From Anolis carolinensis (Eukaryota): a stretch of 64,000 bases of DNA. The translations under genes were made by a program, and so were the position numbers. Of the stretch, positions 12,048-25,610 are shown in pieces. The notes under the pieces are model-generated. The model was given only the letters and a program-made list of their open reading frames with translations, was not told where the DNA came from and searched no databases. How positions within the stretch are numbered: position 1 is the stretch's first letter; the number at the start of each line of letters is the position of its first letter. The stretch is taken from the NCBI RefSeq assembly GCF_035594765.1, contig NC_085844.1, positions 138,648,107-138,712,106 of the forward strand. Direction: 5' to 3'.

Positions 12048-13367
12048 ACAACAACTTAAATGTATATACTCTCGTGTAGGTTTTAGCGTGTGTATTGTGG
12101 TATGCTAGTATATAGAGTATTTTCTTTACAGTCCCAACCGGGTACTAACTTATTGTGAAACATATAAAGCAAAACACACATAAACCTCCAACTGAAAACA
12201 GTCCACAATTATGGTATATATACAATTATACAACCTTATTGAGTAACCTATAAAGTAAAGCATACATCAAACTCAACGGAAAACAGTCCACAGGTGTTGT
12301 GTGTATGTAGAACAAAACTATGCAACAACAAGTAATCCCGGGTACACTGCCTCGTTTCGGGAAGTCCTTCTTCAGGTTGTTGTTATTTATGTAAGGTCTT
12401 AAATAGTCTTTTGATGTATGGTATTTTTCTTCTTACTGAGATTCTCAGAATCTTCTGCGGTATGTTGTGGATTTATTGCTGTCTCTTTAATCTTAATTAC
12501 TTGCTTGGTCCTGCTTCAGTTCAAGGCTTTTCAATGTAGTCAATTTCTAAACATAAACATAGGTACATACTAATAGTAACTATGATGGTTATACCAAAAT
12601 AGATATGTATAAACACCCCATATGTTTTCCAATTCTTAATCTAGTACATAAAAGAGTTTACAAAAATACAATTGACTTACACGTCGTTACTCTTGCAGGG
12701 CTCTGTGTTTTTTCTCAAGTTGCAAGTGCCCTATGGCTTGCATGGTAAACTGAAATACTCAATTCACTAAAGATAACAGGTGAAATCAATCCTATCATTC
12801 AGTCCTTTGGGGAATACAGAGTTTAATTTAAAGGTCCAGAAAGACTCCCTTTGTAGAAGAAGCCTTTTATTGTCTCCAATGGGTTTTACCTTCTCTATCA
12901 CAAAGAACTTAAAACTCTCATCAGAATGAGCTTTTTCTTGAAAATGTGTGTATAGAGTAGAGTCTGTGCATCCATTCCTGATTCTGGATTTGTGTTCTTG
13001 TATCCGTGTTCTAATGCCCTAGAGGTCATCCCTACATATAACATATAACATATAACTTGATGACAGTTAACAAAGGATGATCATCAGTAATGAATGCCAT
13101 TAAAGTCGCATTGAGATAGGCCAGAAGATCAGGAAACTGATTCACCAATATTATTTTTTTTACTTCAGTTGCAGAAGCCATAGCCAGCAATGCATTGCAG
13201 TCCCAAATTTGGTGCCCCGAGCATCTGGCTTTCAGAGCTAAAGGTTATCTCGTTCTTATGTACAAAGACGGTATACTGCTGGAAGCCAGATGGTGGGAAG
13301 CATATTGCATAACAAAGTAATCATCTGTGCATCCTTCTTCTGTGTCCCCAGAAGCATTTAGCTCTAA

Positions 13368-13517
13368 GGGCCCTTCCACACAGTCATATAACCCAGAATA
13401 TCAAAGCAGAAAATCCCACAATATTTGCTTTGAATTGGGTTATCTGAGTCCACACTGCCATATATTCCAGTTCAAAGCAGATAATGTCGGATTTTATTTA
13501 GCTGTGTGGAAAGGACC
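13368..13517. mobile_element. PIF/Harbinger-type MITE
   Basis: TIR gggcccttccacacag / ctgtgtggaaaggacc with a TAA TSD on both sides. Confidence 0.8.
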
Positions 13518-13910
13518 TAAGAGAACTGTAAGTGGAGATTGATCTAGCACAGGAGAACTGGGACTCTTTTGAGATGGTGAAGAGTCCTGAAGCAGGAATA
13601 ATTGGTCGGAAAACATTACAGAAAAGTATGCCAGTTCAGTTATCTGAACAAGTTACGGTATGTTCTTTTCCACTTGGTTTTTAAAACTCAGCTAAAATTA
13701 TTGTATTGATTATAAAAAATGTTCAAACAGCTCTTTGGAAACATCATCGGACATTAAAATATAACTCAGGTCTTTTTGCAGCTTCAGATAATGTTGGAGA
13801 TGGGTCAAACCAATATTAGTTGTAAAGCTTTAGGATTGGCTCTCATATATGCTCCCTACAAAATCCAGCCATAGAAAGATGGAAAGGAAAATATATGTTT
13901 TTGCATCTAT

Positions 13911-14360
13911 GGCCCCTTCCACACAGCTGAGAAAAAATCCCACATTTTCTGCTTTATTTTCTTTATTTATTTATTTCCATCATTTCTATCCCACCCTTCT
14001 CACCCGAAGGGACTCAAGGCAGCTCACAATCCGGCAGAATTTGATGCCAATAAACAATGCAAAGGATTAAAACATGGGCAATTAAAACAATTAAACAGAT
14101 TAGCAATATATAATAAATAAATGTAAAACAAAAAATGCAAATTACTTAAACCATTCATCTGCAAAACCTTATACATGAACCTTAATCCAGACTGCGTTGA
14201 AGCCAACAGAACTTATTCATTAAACGCTTGTTCACAAAGCCAGGTCTTCACTTTGAACTGGACTATATGGCAATGTGGACTCAGATAACCCAGTTCAAAG
14301 CAGATACTGTGGGATTTTCTGCCTTGATATTCTGGGTTATATGGCTGTGTTAATGGGCAC
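13911..14360. mobile_element. Harbinger-type MITE interrupted by an L2 LINE 3' fragment (~13953-14250, - strand)
   Basis: MITE halves with TAT flanks. The insert begins with a (ttta)n tail plus the L2 3' end cccttctcacccgaagggactcaaggcagctcaca. Confidence 0.75.
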
Positions 14361-14756
14361 TATGACAAAGCGAAGTTTTTAAGCAGACTTGTGAGCCTTC
14401 AAAGCAAACACACACTCATGTACCCACATATTTTTGTGTCTCCATGAACTCTGTAACACAGAAAAATGATCAATTTATTTGTAAATCATGCTTGCTTTGA
14501 TGGGCCACATATGCTGTATGGCATTGTTGTATATTATTTAATTGTTGTTGATGCTGTTACTCATCATTGACTTCAACTTATGACATTACTATAAATGAGA
14601 GGCCACTATGATCCCAGGTCAGCAACTGAGTCTTGCAAACTCAGGATCATGGCTTCCTGGATTGAATCTATCCGCCTGTAATGTAGTATTCCTCTTTCCT
14701 GACCGTCTTCTACTCACATCATGCCATGATATGTCCAAAGTACAACAGTCTCCATT

Positions 14757-15032
14757 TGGGATGCTGTGAGTTTTCTGGGCTGTCTGGGCATGTTCCAGAA
14801 GCATTATCTCCTGACTTTTCACCTACATCTATGGCAGGCATCCTCAGAAGTTGTGAGGTCTGTTAGAAACTAGGCAAGTGGAGTTTATATATCTGTGGAA
14901 AGTCCAGGGTAGGAGAAAGAACTCTTGTCTGCTGGAGGCACATATGAACGTTGCAATTGGCCACCTTGATTAGCATTAAGTGGCCTTGCAGCTTCAAAAT
15001 CTGGCTGCTTCCTGCCTAGGGAAATCCTTTGT
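14757..15032 (-). mobile_element. Penelope pLTR fragment
   Basis: Matches 30035-30302. Confidence 0.85.
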
Positions 15033-15103
15033 TTATTTCAGTTTAGTTATCTTGGCTTCTAGTGAGAATACTGTGGAATGCAGTTCCTAAATTCTTTGTC
15101 CCT

Positions 15104-15588
15104 GGCCCCTTCTACACGGCCAGATAATCCAGGTTATCAAAGCATAAAATCCACATTATCTGCTTTGAACTGGATTATCTTAGTCTAAAGGTAAAGGTTT
15201 CCCCTGACGTTAAGTCCAGTCATGTCTGACTCTGTGAGTTGGTGCTCATCTCCATTTTTAAGCCGAAGAGCCAGCGTTGTCCGTAGACACTTCCAAGATC
15301 ATGTGGCCAGCATGACTGCATGGAGCGCCGTTACCTTCCTGCCGGAGCAGTACCTATTTATCTACTCACATTGGCAAGTTTTCAAACTGCTAGGTTGGCA
15401 GGAGCTGGAGCTAACAGCGGCCGCTCACTCCGCTCCCAGGGTTTGAACCTGGGACTTTTTGGTCTGGTAGTTCAGCAGCTCAATGCTTTAACACACTTCG
15501 CCACCAGGGCTCTATCTTAGTCTATACTGCCATATAATCCAGTTCAAAGCCAATACTGTGTATTTTATACAGCTGTGTAGAAGGGCCC
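15104..15588. mobile_element. Harbinger-type MITE split by a Sauria SINE
   Basis: TIRs ggccccttctacac / gtgtagaagggcc flank the SINE. Confidence 0.75.
15188..15512 (-). mobile_element. Sauria SINE, full length
   Basis: (ACCTTT)n tail read as aaaggtaaaggt, tRNA-like head, and 12-bp TSD tatcttagtcta at 15176-87 and 15513-24. Confidence 0.92.
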
Positions 15589-16563
15589 CCACTTTTAAAA
15601 AGCTAAGAGAAAAACCTTTTACACCTATTACAGGATGACTTCTACCTAATCTAGTTTGTTCCTTGCTTCTACATTTCCAGAAGCACAGCAATAAATATAA
15701 TACGCAGGTCCACATCGAAAATCAAATAGCGAGTTGAATAAGCTTTTTAAATATAAACTGATTCAATGTTGTTTTATGTTATCAGGAATACTGTAGATAA
15801 CAATACGTATAAACATGATAGTGCACACAAAGTGTAAAATAACTTTTAATGTATAATAGCCAGCACTTTCCAGCTGAAACAAATCATTGGATGTTTGTTA
15901 TTATGAATGCTTTATTGAGTAAACACTTTCCTAAAATGATTTTGAAATGTTAAGGGATACAGGTGGAAATAAAATTGTTAATTTAAAAAAATGTTTAAAT
16001 GATTTTGTTGTACTTGTACAAATATTTATGAGTTCTGGGTTTTCTTTGAATATTTGTTTTTACAGATTTTTGTAGAGTGTTTCTAACCTTCATAGCTGTT
16101 CCAGTGGCTTGTCTGAGTTACAAATTTTACCAAAGCATGCATTTCTCTGTTTACCGATAACATGAAATCAAAACTCTGTATAACTTTGTTTTTAAAGGTG
16201 TTACAACTATAAACAACTATACAGTATAATTGTACCTGAACATTACAGAAAAAATAGTGATTTCAATATTCTGTCATTTGATTCTAGTGATGTCTCTGGC
16301 TACAATACAGCATTTGTGAATGTAAAGAGTTTTACCTACTCAGCAGTTTTAAAATGCACACAAAATGATAACACTTCAGAATGTAACAAAATGTGAAGAC
16401 ACTTTATCAGAAACTATTTTTTAATGGTGGCGAAATTTTAAACGAACACAGGCTATGAATCCCACCCGTATTTATTCTGCAGTTATTGAGTTTGAAGACC
16501 TATGGCCTTCTGAAAACTCTTGAAGAAAATATCACATTTACACATTGGTATAAAGCAAATGTA

Positions 16564-17340
16564 CAAGGATTGAATGAAATGTAATGCCTCCACCTTTGTT
16601 ACTTGGGTTTGGATGGGAATATTTTAATAAATCAAACGCAGAAATAATCCTTAGAATGTGCTCTTTAACTACCACTGTTCATTTTCCCACATAATCACCA
16701 GACAATTGGATACATTTCTGCCAACAATGAACAAATTTTTGAAGCTGTCATGGAAGAAGTCGAGACTCTGATTCCACAACCAGCGTCTCACAGTACCCTT
16801 CATGCACAGATCTTCCGATAGCCAAGCAAAGTAATAATGTGACCCACACGTTCTTGTGAAATGCCAATTATGCTTGAAATTTCTCTCTGAGTGATACAAC
16901 GATCGTCCTGAATCAATCTGTCAACCTTTTGCTTGTGAAACTCAGTGGTTGTTGTCACAGGACATCCAACTCTTTGTCACACAAGTCAGATGTTCCCACT
17001 TCAACATCTTTAAACTTACTCGCCCAACAATGCACAGTACTCACATCAACACAATCACCATAAACAGCTTGCATTCTCTGATGAATCTCCTTTGGGGTGA
17101 CACCTTCGGTTGTCAAGAATTCAATGATTGCACAATGATTGCACGCATTGACTGACTGACTGTCTGTGCAGGGTTCCATACTTCGCACTTTTAACAACAC
17201 AACCATTCAATGCTAAGGCTTCCCACCAAATGGAACTGTAGAGGAGAGTCTACTGAACAAGCCAGTACCTGCCGCATACCAGTACTGCCATCTGTTGAGG
17301 AGTTACCAAGGTGGAGGCATTACTTTTCATTCAACCCTCG
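16564..17340 (-). mobile_element. Mariner deletion derivative with transposase N-terminal HTH remnant
   Basis: ~30-bp TIRs (c(a/g)agg(a/g)ttgaatgaaa(t/a)gtaatgcctccacc), TA TSD, and peptide AIIEFLTTEGVTPKEIHQRMQAVYGDCVDVSTVHCWASKFK. Confidence 0.9.
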
Positions 17341-17881
17341 TACATATGTAGCATTTAGTAAGTTTCCAAATGAGAGAAAGATATTTCCAAAATCTTAACT
17401 GATTCTCACACATTTCTTGAATGTTGGTTTGTGAGGTATGGAGTCAGCATCTTCAGGAAGACATTAGTTAAAATGAGTCCTTGTGTTCATACTGAGGAGA
17501 CAGAGTCCAAAACGTCTTTGGCTCTATCTCATTTTATGCTAGAAAAAACAACCAATCATATAATTCCATATACAATTCTTTGGTAATACCTCAGTGGGTC
17601 CTACGCCTGAATAGAAATGTATAAGGCTGCATTTTAACAAAGCCGTTACAAAAGCCAAATTGAGGATCTGGTTGCTCATGCCAAGTTTAGACATGGTATG
17701 AACCCTGTACTCATGGGTACAGCACCATAGCGTTTCTGAGCATGGAAACATAATACTTCTCTATGAATTTTCTAGGTGTTTCAAGGCAATTTATAGCCAC
17801 TTCCAGTGGAAACAATTCATTTCAATAGATTTGACTATTATTAATGTTTTCCTGTTTTCACAGTATGTCTACGAACATACC

Positions 17882-18111
17882 TCAGGCTGTGGCGCAGGCT
17901 GGAGAGCAGCTGCAATGAATCACTGCAATGAATCACTCTGACCAGAAGGTCATGAGTTCAAGGCCCGCTCGGAGCCTATGTTTGTCTTGGCTTTGTTCTA
18001 TGTTAAAAGGCATTGAATGCTTGCCTATATGTGTAATGTGATCCGCCCTGAGTCCCCTTCAGGGCGAGAAGGGCGGAATATAAATGCTGTAAATAAAGTA
18101 AATAAATAAAT
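17882..18111 (+). mobile_element. tRNA-derived SINE with L2-type tail (Anolis SINE2-like)
   Basis: A box tggcgcaggctgg, B box gagttcaaggcc, tail gatccgccctgagtcccc...gggcggaatataaat and (taaa)n. Confidence 0.85.
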
Positions 18112-18131
18112 ACCTTAGAGGGGCTATAGAT

Positions 18132-18457
18132 AAGGTAAAGGTTTTCCCCTGACATTAAACCTAGTTGTGTCCGACTCTTGGGGGTTGGTGCTCATCTCTA
18201 TTTCTAAGCCAAAGAGCCAGCATTGTCTGTAGACACCTCCAAGGTCATGTGGACGGCATGACTGCATGTAACGCCATTACCTTCCTATTGATCTACTCAC
18301 CTATTGATCTACTCATATTTGCATGTTTTCTAACTGCTAGGTTGGCAGATGCTGGGGCTAACAGCGGGAGCTCACCCCACTCCATGGATTCGAACCGCTG
18401 ACCTTTTGGTCAGCAAGTTCAGCAGTTCAGCGGTTTAGCCTGCTGCACCATCGGGGC
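18132..18457 (-). mobile_element. Sauria SINE
   Basis: Same consensus as 15188. Confidence 0.9.
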
Positions 18458-19801
18458 TATACTCTAATAACATTGTTTACCTTTTCAAAGCATGTAACAT
18501 GAGCAGTGAAATTCTGTTCTTGTCTACTAAGATCAACTCAGTTGAGGTCAATGGAAAGTATAAGACTGCAGTCTGTGGGCGGACATTTACCTGCTTGGTT
18601 AAATCTCTCCATTTACTACACCTAGCACACTAGTAACTGGGAAGTAATGGAGTAGAGTTTTTCATGTAATGCATCCATTCCATTTCCCAATGTGTACTCC
18701 CAAATGTTATCTCAGGAACCTGGTGAAATCAACAAATAACCACGTGGCAGCATAAATCCTAACAAATCCAAGAAAGGAGCTATCCACAAAACCTATAAAA
18801 CATTAGTTTTATAGCATAGGGTTGTCAAGTTGTTTCTGATGTATGGGGAGCCTAAGGTGAGCCTATCATAGAGTTTTCTTGATGCAAATTGTTCAGAAGA
18901 GGTTTGCCATTGCCTTCCTCTGAAACTGAGAGATGTGACCTTTCCCTCTGAAAACTGTTAGATGGTGTCATCATTTAGCAAAGCCTTTTTACAGAAAAAG
19001 AAGATTATCTACAACATTTGTCAGGCTATTGAATGTCCAGAATCTGTCTGTGTAACCTCTCATCTTGGAACACTTTCATAATTGAGCATCTTTAAGATCT
19101 TAGTGATCCAAGGAACTGCTGTTTTGATTTTAAGAGTGGCATTCATACACCACTTGCTTACCAGCCATTCAGTACAGCTTATAGTTAGAAAGCAATGTGC
19201 AAAAAATAAAATAAAATGGGGAGATCATTGCTAATGTGTAAGGTTTGTTTTTATGTTAGTGCATATTCTCAAATCAACACAGACAAACTTCAGAAAATGT
19301 TACACTCCAGAATATTTTTTTTGTATTACCATCTGAGGCCAGGAAGAAAATAACTTTTTCCATTATGGTATTCAGACTGGTGGCACAGCCAGTCCAGAAA
19401 GGAACATCTGACCTATTTATTGCTCACTTTGCATTGGACAAGTAACATGTCTTATTTTAGCATGAGCTAAGCATATAAGACATGAGGTACCACCATGAAA
19501 AAGTGAGAGTCTCTGTACTTTAGGACATTTATCTGGCACATTTCAACTAAACTGTATTCTTTGACTCCATAGCAAACATGGGCAAATCTGCAAAAAAACA
19601 AAACAAAAAAAAACCCCACCACCTTCCTTTCTTTAAAAAAAAAGCATCCCTGAAAATGTTTTTAAGCATTATGTACTGGCCAGAATCTATTAGAACATCT
19701 CTAGAAGATGGAGAATTCCTGGAAGTATTTAGTGTTTCCAATTCCTTTTAAAATTTTTATCCTATTCTGTTGCATCCAGTCTGAAATAGTGACACTAATG
19801 C

Positions 19802-19832
19802 TTAGCTGTGCCCGGCCACGCGTTGCTGTGGC
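19802..19832 (-). mobile_element. Helitron 3' terminus fragment
   Basis: tagctgtgcccggccacgcgttgctgtggc is identical to the terminus at 39320. Confidence 0.7.
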
Positions 19833-19844
19833 TTATGGGAATCG

Positions 19845-20140
19845 ATGGCCAGCACCAAAAAATGAACAAACGTTGGAATAGGAACATATACATTTAGGTA
19901 TTTTAGTAGTTATACACTATTTTAAGTCTTTATCGACCAATTGTGTGTTGATTAATCGGCTCTTTTTCCTCCCGTTGCCGTTTGGGCTCCTTTTCTCTCC
20001 CTTCGGCTTCTCCTTCCTCCCTTCCTTAGGCTGTAAATTGTAATTTTTTTATGATTTATAATATTCTTATAGAGTTTATTGAAAAACCGCGAAACAGCAA
20101 ATCCGCAAAAAGTGAACCACGAAGTAGTGAGGGAACACTG
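19845..20140. mobile_element. One-ended Tigger/pogo-like MITE fragment
   Basis: Ends ...gtgaaccacgaagtagtgagggaacactg|ta (CAGTG TIR with TA). Confidence 0.6.
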
Positions 20141-20973
20141 TACAACAAAACATGTCCCACAGCTTCCACTGCCTCAGCCTCTCAGGGACATAGGGGTTCA
20201 TTGTATGGTACTTTGTTATAACTTCCCTCCAGTACAGCACAACCTTCAGACTATGTGTATAAGGTGTATATGAAACATCAGTGAATCTTGCGTTTAGACT
20301 TGGTCTCATCTCCAATTATAATTATACGTAAGTATTTCAAAATCTGAAGGGGGTGGGAATCTGAACTACAAAACATTTCTATTCCTAAGCATTTCAAATA
20401 AACTATGTTCAAACCCTATTAATCATTAATTCAGGAGTTATAGTCAAAGTCCAAAAGTGCTTCAGTAATATTACACTAGTGAAGCACTCGGATCATTTTG
20501 TTTAATGCTATCATTCCTTTTTCCCTTGCTTGATTTCTGTTAAATCTGAGTCCTGGAAACACAAGTTGTGTTTACTAGCAGCAACCATTTTAGATAATTC
20601 CAAGAATGTAGAAATACAACTGGCAGATGATGCATTTCATTTTGAATGAAGAAAATGTCATGTAAGTCTCCAAAATAAAAGCAGAAAGCAGAGATGGAAA
20701 TTCTATGACTTGTTGACTAGGGATTTTTCATCCATCTGGAGAGCCTTATTAAATAATTCCAACTAGACTAGACCAGCTGACCCAGTTACGAAATAGCAAC
20801 TCAACACTGCTGTATTGAGTCTAATTGTAACTATAATACAATCCAGGCTAATTAACTAGTAAATAAATATTAAATGTATTTTATAGCATTAAAGAATAGC
20901 TAAAGATTTGCATCACTACATTTAACTGATTTTGCTTTTGTTATGGAAATATTTATTCCAGATATGGAAATAA

Positions 20974-21282
20974 TCAGGGTCAACTAACACCTCCCAACAA
21001 AGGATTCCCCCAGGTAGGAGGCAACCAGGCTTTGAAGCTGCAAGGCTATTCAATGCTAATCAAGGTGGCCAATTGCACCATTTACACTTGCACCATTTAC
21101 ACTCTAACAGACAAGAGTTCTTTCTCCCACCCTGTACCTTCCACAGATAAATAAACCCCACTTGCTTAGTTTCCAACAGACCTCACAACCTCTGAGGATG
21201 CCTGTCATAGATGCAGGTGAAACGTTAGGAGAGAATGCTTCTGGAACATGGCCATACAACCTGAAAAGCTCGCAGCAACCCA
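20974..21282 (+). mobile_element. Penelope pLTR fragment with hammerhead motif
   Basis: Reverse complement of 30035-30325. Confidence 0.85.
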
Positions 21283-22499
21283 GAAATGTTTATTACTTTA
21301 TCATTACATTTATTCATTTATTCTTTTTGCATTGTGTTAAGTTAGTTTTAATGCACTTAGCACAAGAGTGGAGATGGAAACTTTTATTATCAGCATATAT
21401 AGCATCACAGATAGGTAGATCTATTGGGTAGGGTAGGTTGGAAGGGAATGAGTAGACCAAGGTGACCTAGTAAACTTCAACTTGCTCTAATTAGTGCACC
21501 ATAATGGCAGCCAGGCAACAAAGGCATCCCACAAACACTGTGTCAAAGAAATACAGCTGAGAAAGAACTGAGAGAAAATGTTTTTTTAAAAAATCTTTTC
21601 TCTTGGCTACTGCTAAAGGAAGTGGTAACCATTCCTTTCAGAAGGGCAAGTTCTCATTTCCATTTCCCTTCTGGCTGCTACAACTGGGACAAAGTTAGCA
21701 TTCAGAGGAAAAATGAACCACATCCTTCTGATATGAACTAACTTTGCCATGCAAGTCAAACCACAAAAGGAGAAGAGAGCATATTAAAAACAATACAAAT
21801 GCAACCGATCTATTATTATTATGTCATATGTATTTATATTCTGCTTTCCTCTCTTAAACAAGCATCAAAGTGGCTTATAGCACTGAAAACAATATAATTT
21901 ACAATTTAAAACGGACCACATATACAAGATCTACAGTAATATAGAACAGCTGCTTTGAGTATGATAAGACAATAAATATGCTTAGAATCACAACCCCAAA
22001 GAAAATAGTTGTCACCACTGACAAAGAGGCTATTGATGGTTTTCCACATTTATCTGATATATTTGATCCCCGTGTCTTTTTGTTCTATTTCATCCCATGT
22101 TTCCTCTCCAGAATACTGAGGGGTCATCCTGTAGGGATGTTATCCTTATTTCTTCAATTTACTACTGTCATCAATAGCAATAGATGCTTTTTCAGAACTG
22201 TTTAAAAAAGATATGCATGTGAGGAGGAAGTGAGGAGTCTGTTTACCTATTTACTTATTTATATTCTGTCTTTATCTCAATATTGGGATACAAGGTGTCT
22301 CACAATATAAAAATCTACATAAAACAACAAATAATATAAACATTCAAAGTCAACTACATCATCATATTTGTTGTTGCTGCGGCCTTCAAACATTTCTGAC
22401 CTATGGTGACCCTAAGGCAACCTTATCACAGGCTTTTCTTGAAATATTGCAGCATACAATAAAAAAGTCAGTCATTATGGTAAAAATCCAGCACATACC

Positions 22500-23150
22500 A
22501 ATTAAAGGATCTTTTGCAACAGCCAGTTAGCAGTCAAAGTCCTGTGTAAACAAAGAGGTCTTTACACATTAGAGAAAAAAGAGCAGAAAAAGGGCCTCCC
22601 ATGGGAGAAAATTTTAGAGCCTGGAGCAGCCTGCCGACCAGTCTCTCCCCATGTCCTCACCAGACATCCTTGTGATGGTAATGGGACCGCAGGAAAGTTC
22701 TCGTACAAGGAGCTTAAACTTGAACAAGCTTGTATCGTGATATAGTCCTTCAGATAGTTTGGACTTAAGACAGAGAGATCTATCAGATATAAACACCACT
22801 TTTAATTGTACCCAGAAACAAACTGGTAAGTAGTGAAGAAGTTTCAACAAAGGATTTACACATTTCCTGCTAGCCAGCCCTTTTCAGCAGTCTAGCTACA
22901 GCATTTTGATTCACTGGTTTTCAAAGGATGCCCCATATAGTGTGCTACAATAATCCAAAGGGGATGGAATGATGTGTCACCACTGCCAGATCTGGCATCT
23001 TCAGACACACTAGCATTAACAGTGCAAAGACATTTCTGGCCACAGCTGAGGCCTGTGCTTCCAGTGTCATGGCTCAGCCCAAGACGACATCCAAGCAACA
23101 AAAACCTGAGATTTCAGGGGGACAGCAACCCAACCAGCACAGGCTGAATC
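22500..23150 (-). mobile_element. Old L2 LINE fragment
   Basis: Degenerate L2 ORF2 C-terminal sequence (LHYLPVCFWVQLKV resembles LHWLPV.FR.QFKV). Confidence 0.6.
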
Positions 23151-24199
23151 CATTCCTTGATATGTCTTTCAACTGACCTGCCATGTCTAGATGAAACTGT
23201 CCCAAACATCCCAACACATCTACCCATCTCTTCCTCACCTCTGGACTGACAATCTTTAAATTACATGCTTCTCATCTACCCTTATCCACCCCCATTCCCA
23301 TTTCCAGGTAACAAGTGCTTTTCATCATAGATAGGGACCTAGCCTTCCATTGTAAACATTAATGTCAGGAAATTAGGGGAGGATTTGGTCACCCTACAAA
23401 AGATGCTATGTGTCTCTGCATTCACTGTACACTAAATAATACACACGCAATATAGTACTTAGATGTTGTATATGTATAGCATAAGAAACATTCAAGGCTG
23501 TCATGTCCACATAAACACTTGAAAGCAGTATTCTCTGTCTCTTTTTACACACACACATAGAAAGAAAAACATAGACGAGACAGGGCAGACATATGGATGA
23601 ACACATACAAAACTGTCAGGAACTGCCAATTCTCTGATTCAACTGATATTCCTTACTGTTAAATGACCAGAAATCAATCTGACCAAAGGTGAGAAAGTAG
23701 AGGAAGTGGAATTGGAGCAGGAGGAAACACTGACATTTTTATTTGCATTGTCTTCATCAAAACAGACATAGCACGTCCTTAATAAAAGCAATGCTTTCTG
23801 TGGATGCATGGGAGAGAGGAATCACATTCAATATGGAATGTACATAATCCTGTTGATATCAGGGATTCCAGAAATGTAGTCTCAATTAATTGGATCAAGG
23901 TGTGTTTTGTCTGAACTGCAAATAAGAAAAACCAAGACCTATACATGACTGACTCCTGGAAATGATCTATGCTGTAATATGGAGAGCTTCACAATTTGCT
24001 GCTGGGTGCAGAAATCACCTTCTTGCTCCAAATACCCTGGATAATTATTGGCAATCTCAGATTGTAGGAGAGTTGCTGAATAAAGTATTTATTCAACTCA
24101 AGTTTGAATAATTTCTTTGCTTGTCTCTGCTCTTTAAGGAGCCGTTTTAGTTCTCCTACTAATTGGATCAGTATGTGTAGGTAAGGAGTTCCATTATAT

Positions 24200-24334
24200 C
24201 AGTGGTTCTCAATCTGGGGTCCCCAGATGTTTTTGGCCTACAACTCCCAGAAATCCCAGCCATCTTACCAGCTGTTAGGATTTCTGGGAGTTGAAGGCCA
24301 AAAACATCTGGGGACCCCGGGTTGAAAATCACTT
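24200..24334. mobile_element. ~134-bp hAT MITE
   Basis: Same family; TSD cattatat. Confidence 0.85.
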
Positions 24335-24599
24335 CATTATATGCTTCTACCCAGCATTGGTTACTGTTTTTATCTCAATACAAACTATGTGGTTTTATTC
24401 CAATATGATTTTTTTATTGATAAAGCATGGGGAGTGGGGAAAGGTACAAGAACTGATGTAAACTAAGGATTTTTAAACATTGTCTTCTTTCATAGTCATC
24501 TAATACAAAAAAGGGTTCCTACGATGTTAAAAAGAAGAAAAAACAGGCCACGTGCTTCTGACATCATTGACTGTGTTGGAACTGGGGGAAACCTTAGAG

Positions 24600-24734
24600 C
24601 AGTGGTTCTCAACCTGTGGGTCCCTAGTTGTTTTGGCCTACAACTCCCAGAAATCCCAGCTAGTTTATCAGCTGTCAGGACTTCTGGGAGTTGAAGGCCA
24701 AAACATCTGGGGACCCACAGGTTGAGAACCACTG
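24600..24734. mobile_element. ~134-bp hAT MITE
   Basis: Perfect TIRs; TSD ccttagag/cactagag. Confidence 0.88.
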
Positions 24735-25610
24735 CACTAGAGAGTGACTAGAGTCCTTGAAGCTCCTTCTGTTGTGTACAACTTTGCCCTTACACCTGGT
24801 GCACATGTTGTAGCTATTGGCTGAACTATGACACTGGTCTGTAGCCATGTGTGTATGTTCTGACACCAAGATGCATATCCAGATGCTAGCTACAGTACCC
24901 AACATAGAAAGTCAGAAGCACCACACAGAGGCATAAAATGACCGAGGAACATCAAGAAGCTGTAGGCAGGAAGAGATTGCTTGTTGTTGTTGTTGTTACC
25001 TTAGACCTTGGCTTCTTCATCAAGTGGACACTGCTCTCTTCAGGATTGATGCCCTGATTCAGCAAGGAGTGCACACTATTCAGCACAGCTGGAGAAGAAC
25101 AAACAACTCAGCATCCATATGCTTGCTCACAATGCCCTGCCTCACGTACAGAGAAATAATTGTTGAAAGCTACAGACAATGCAGTCACTGTTATCCATTT
25201 TTGGTCAAAAATTATTTAGGCACTTGGGTTCCCTCTATTTCTATCAGTTTTATACTTATTTATGCAATGCTTTTGATATAAAATAAATAAACAAGCACAA
25301 CTGTATTGCCTCCTGCCTGGGACTCAGAAGAAAGACTCCTGCAGAGCTAAGTCCACCACTGAAAGGGGCAACACCAAAAGGAGTTCGCCCCTCTGGAGGA
25401 AGAACTTCAGGGGTGGCACAACGGTGAGGACATGTGCTCTTTCCTGACCCAGGCAAAGTCTGTTACCTGTTTTTAATCATCTGCCTACCTGAATAGTATA
25501 TATGTTTGCTTTTAGTATCCACCTTTTAGCAGGCCCAACACAGGAGGTTTGTGTTTTCCAGAGGAAGGTGGGAGTGCACAGATCCACAGGCCAGCCATTG
25601 GAGTTTTCAG

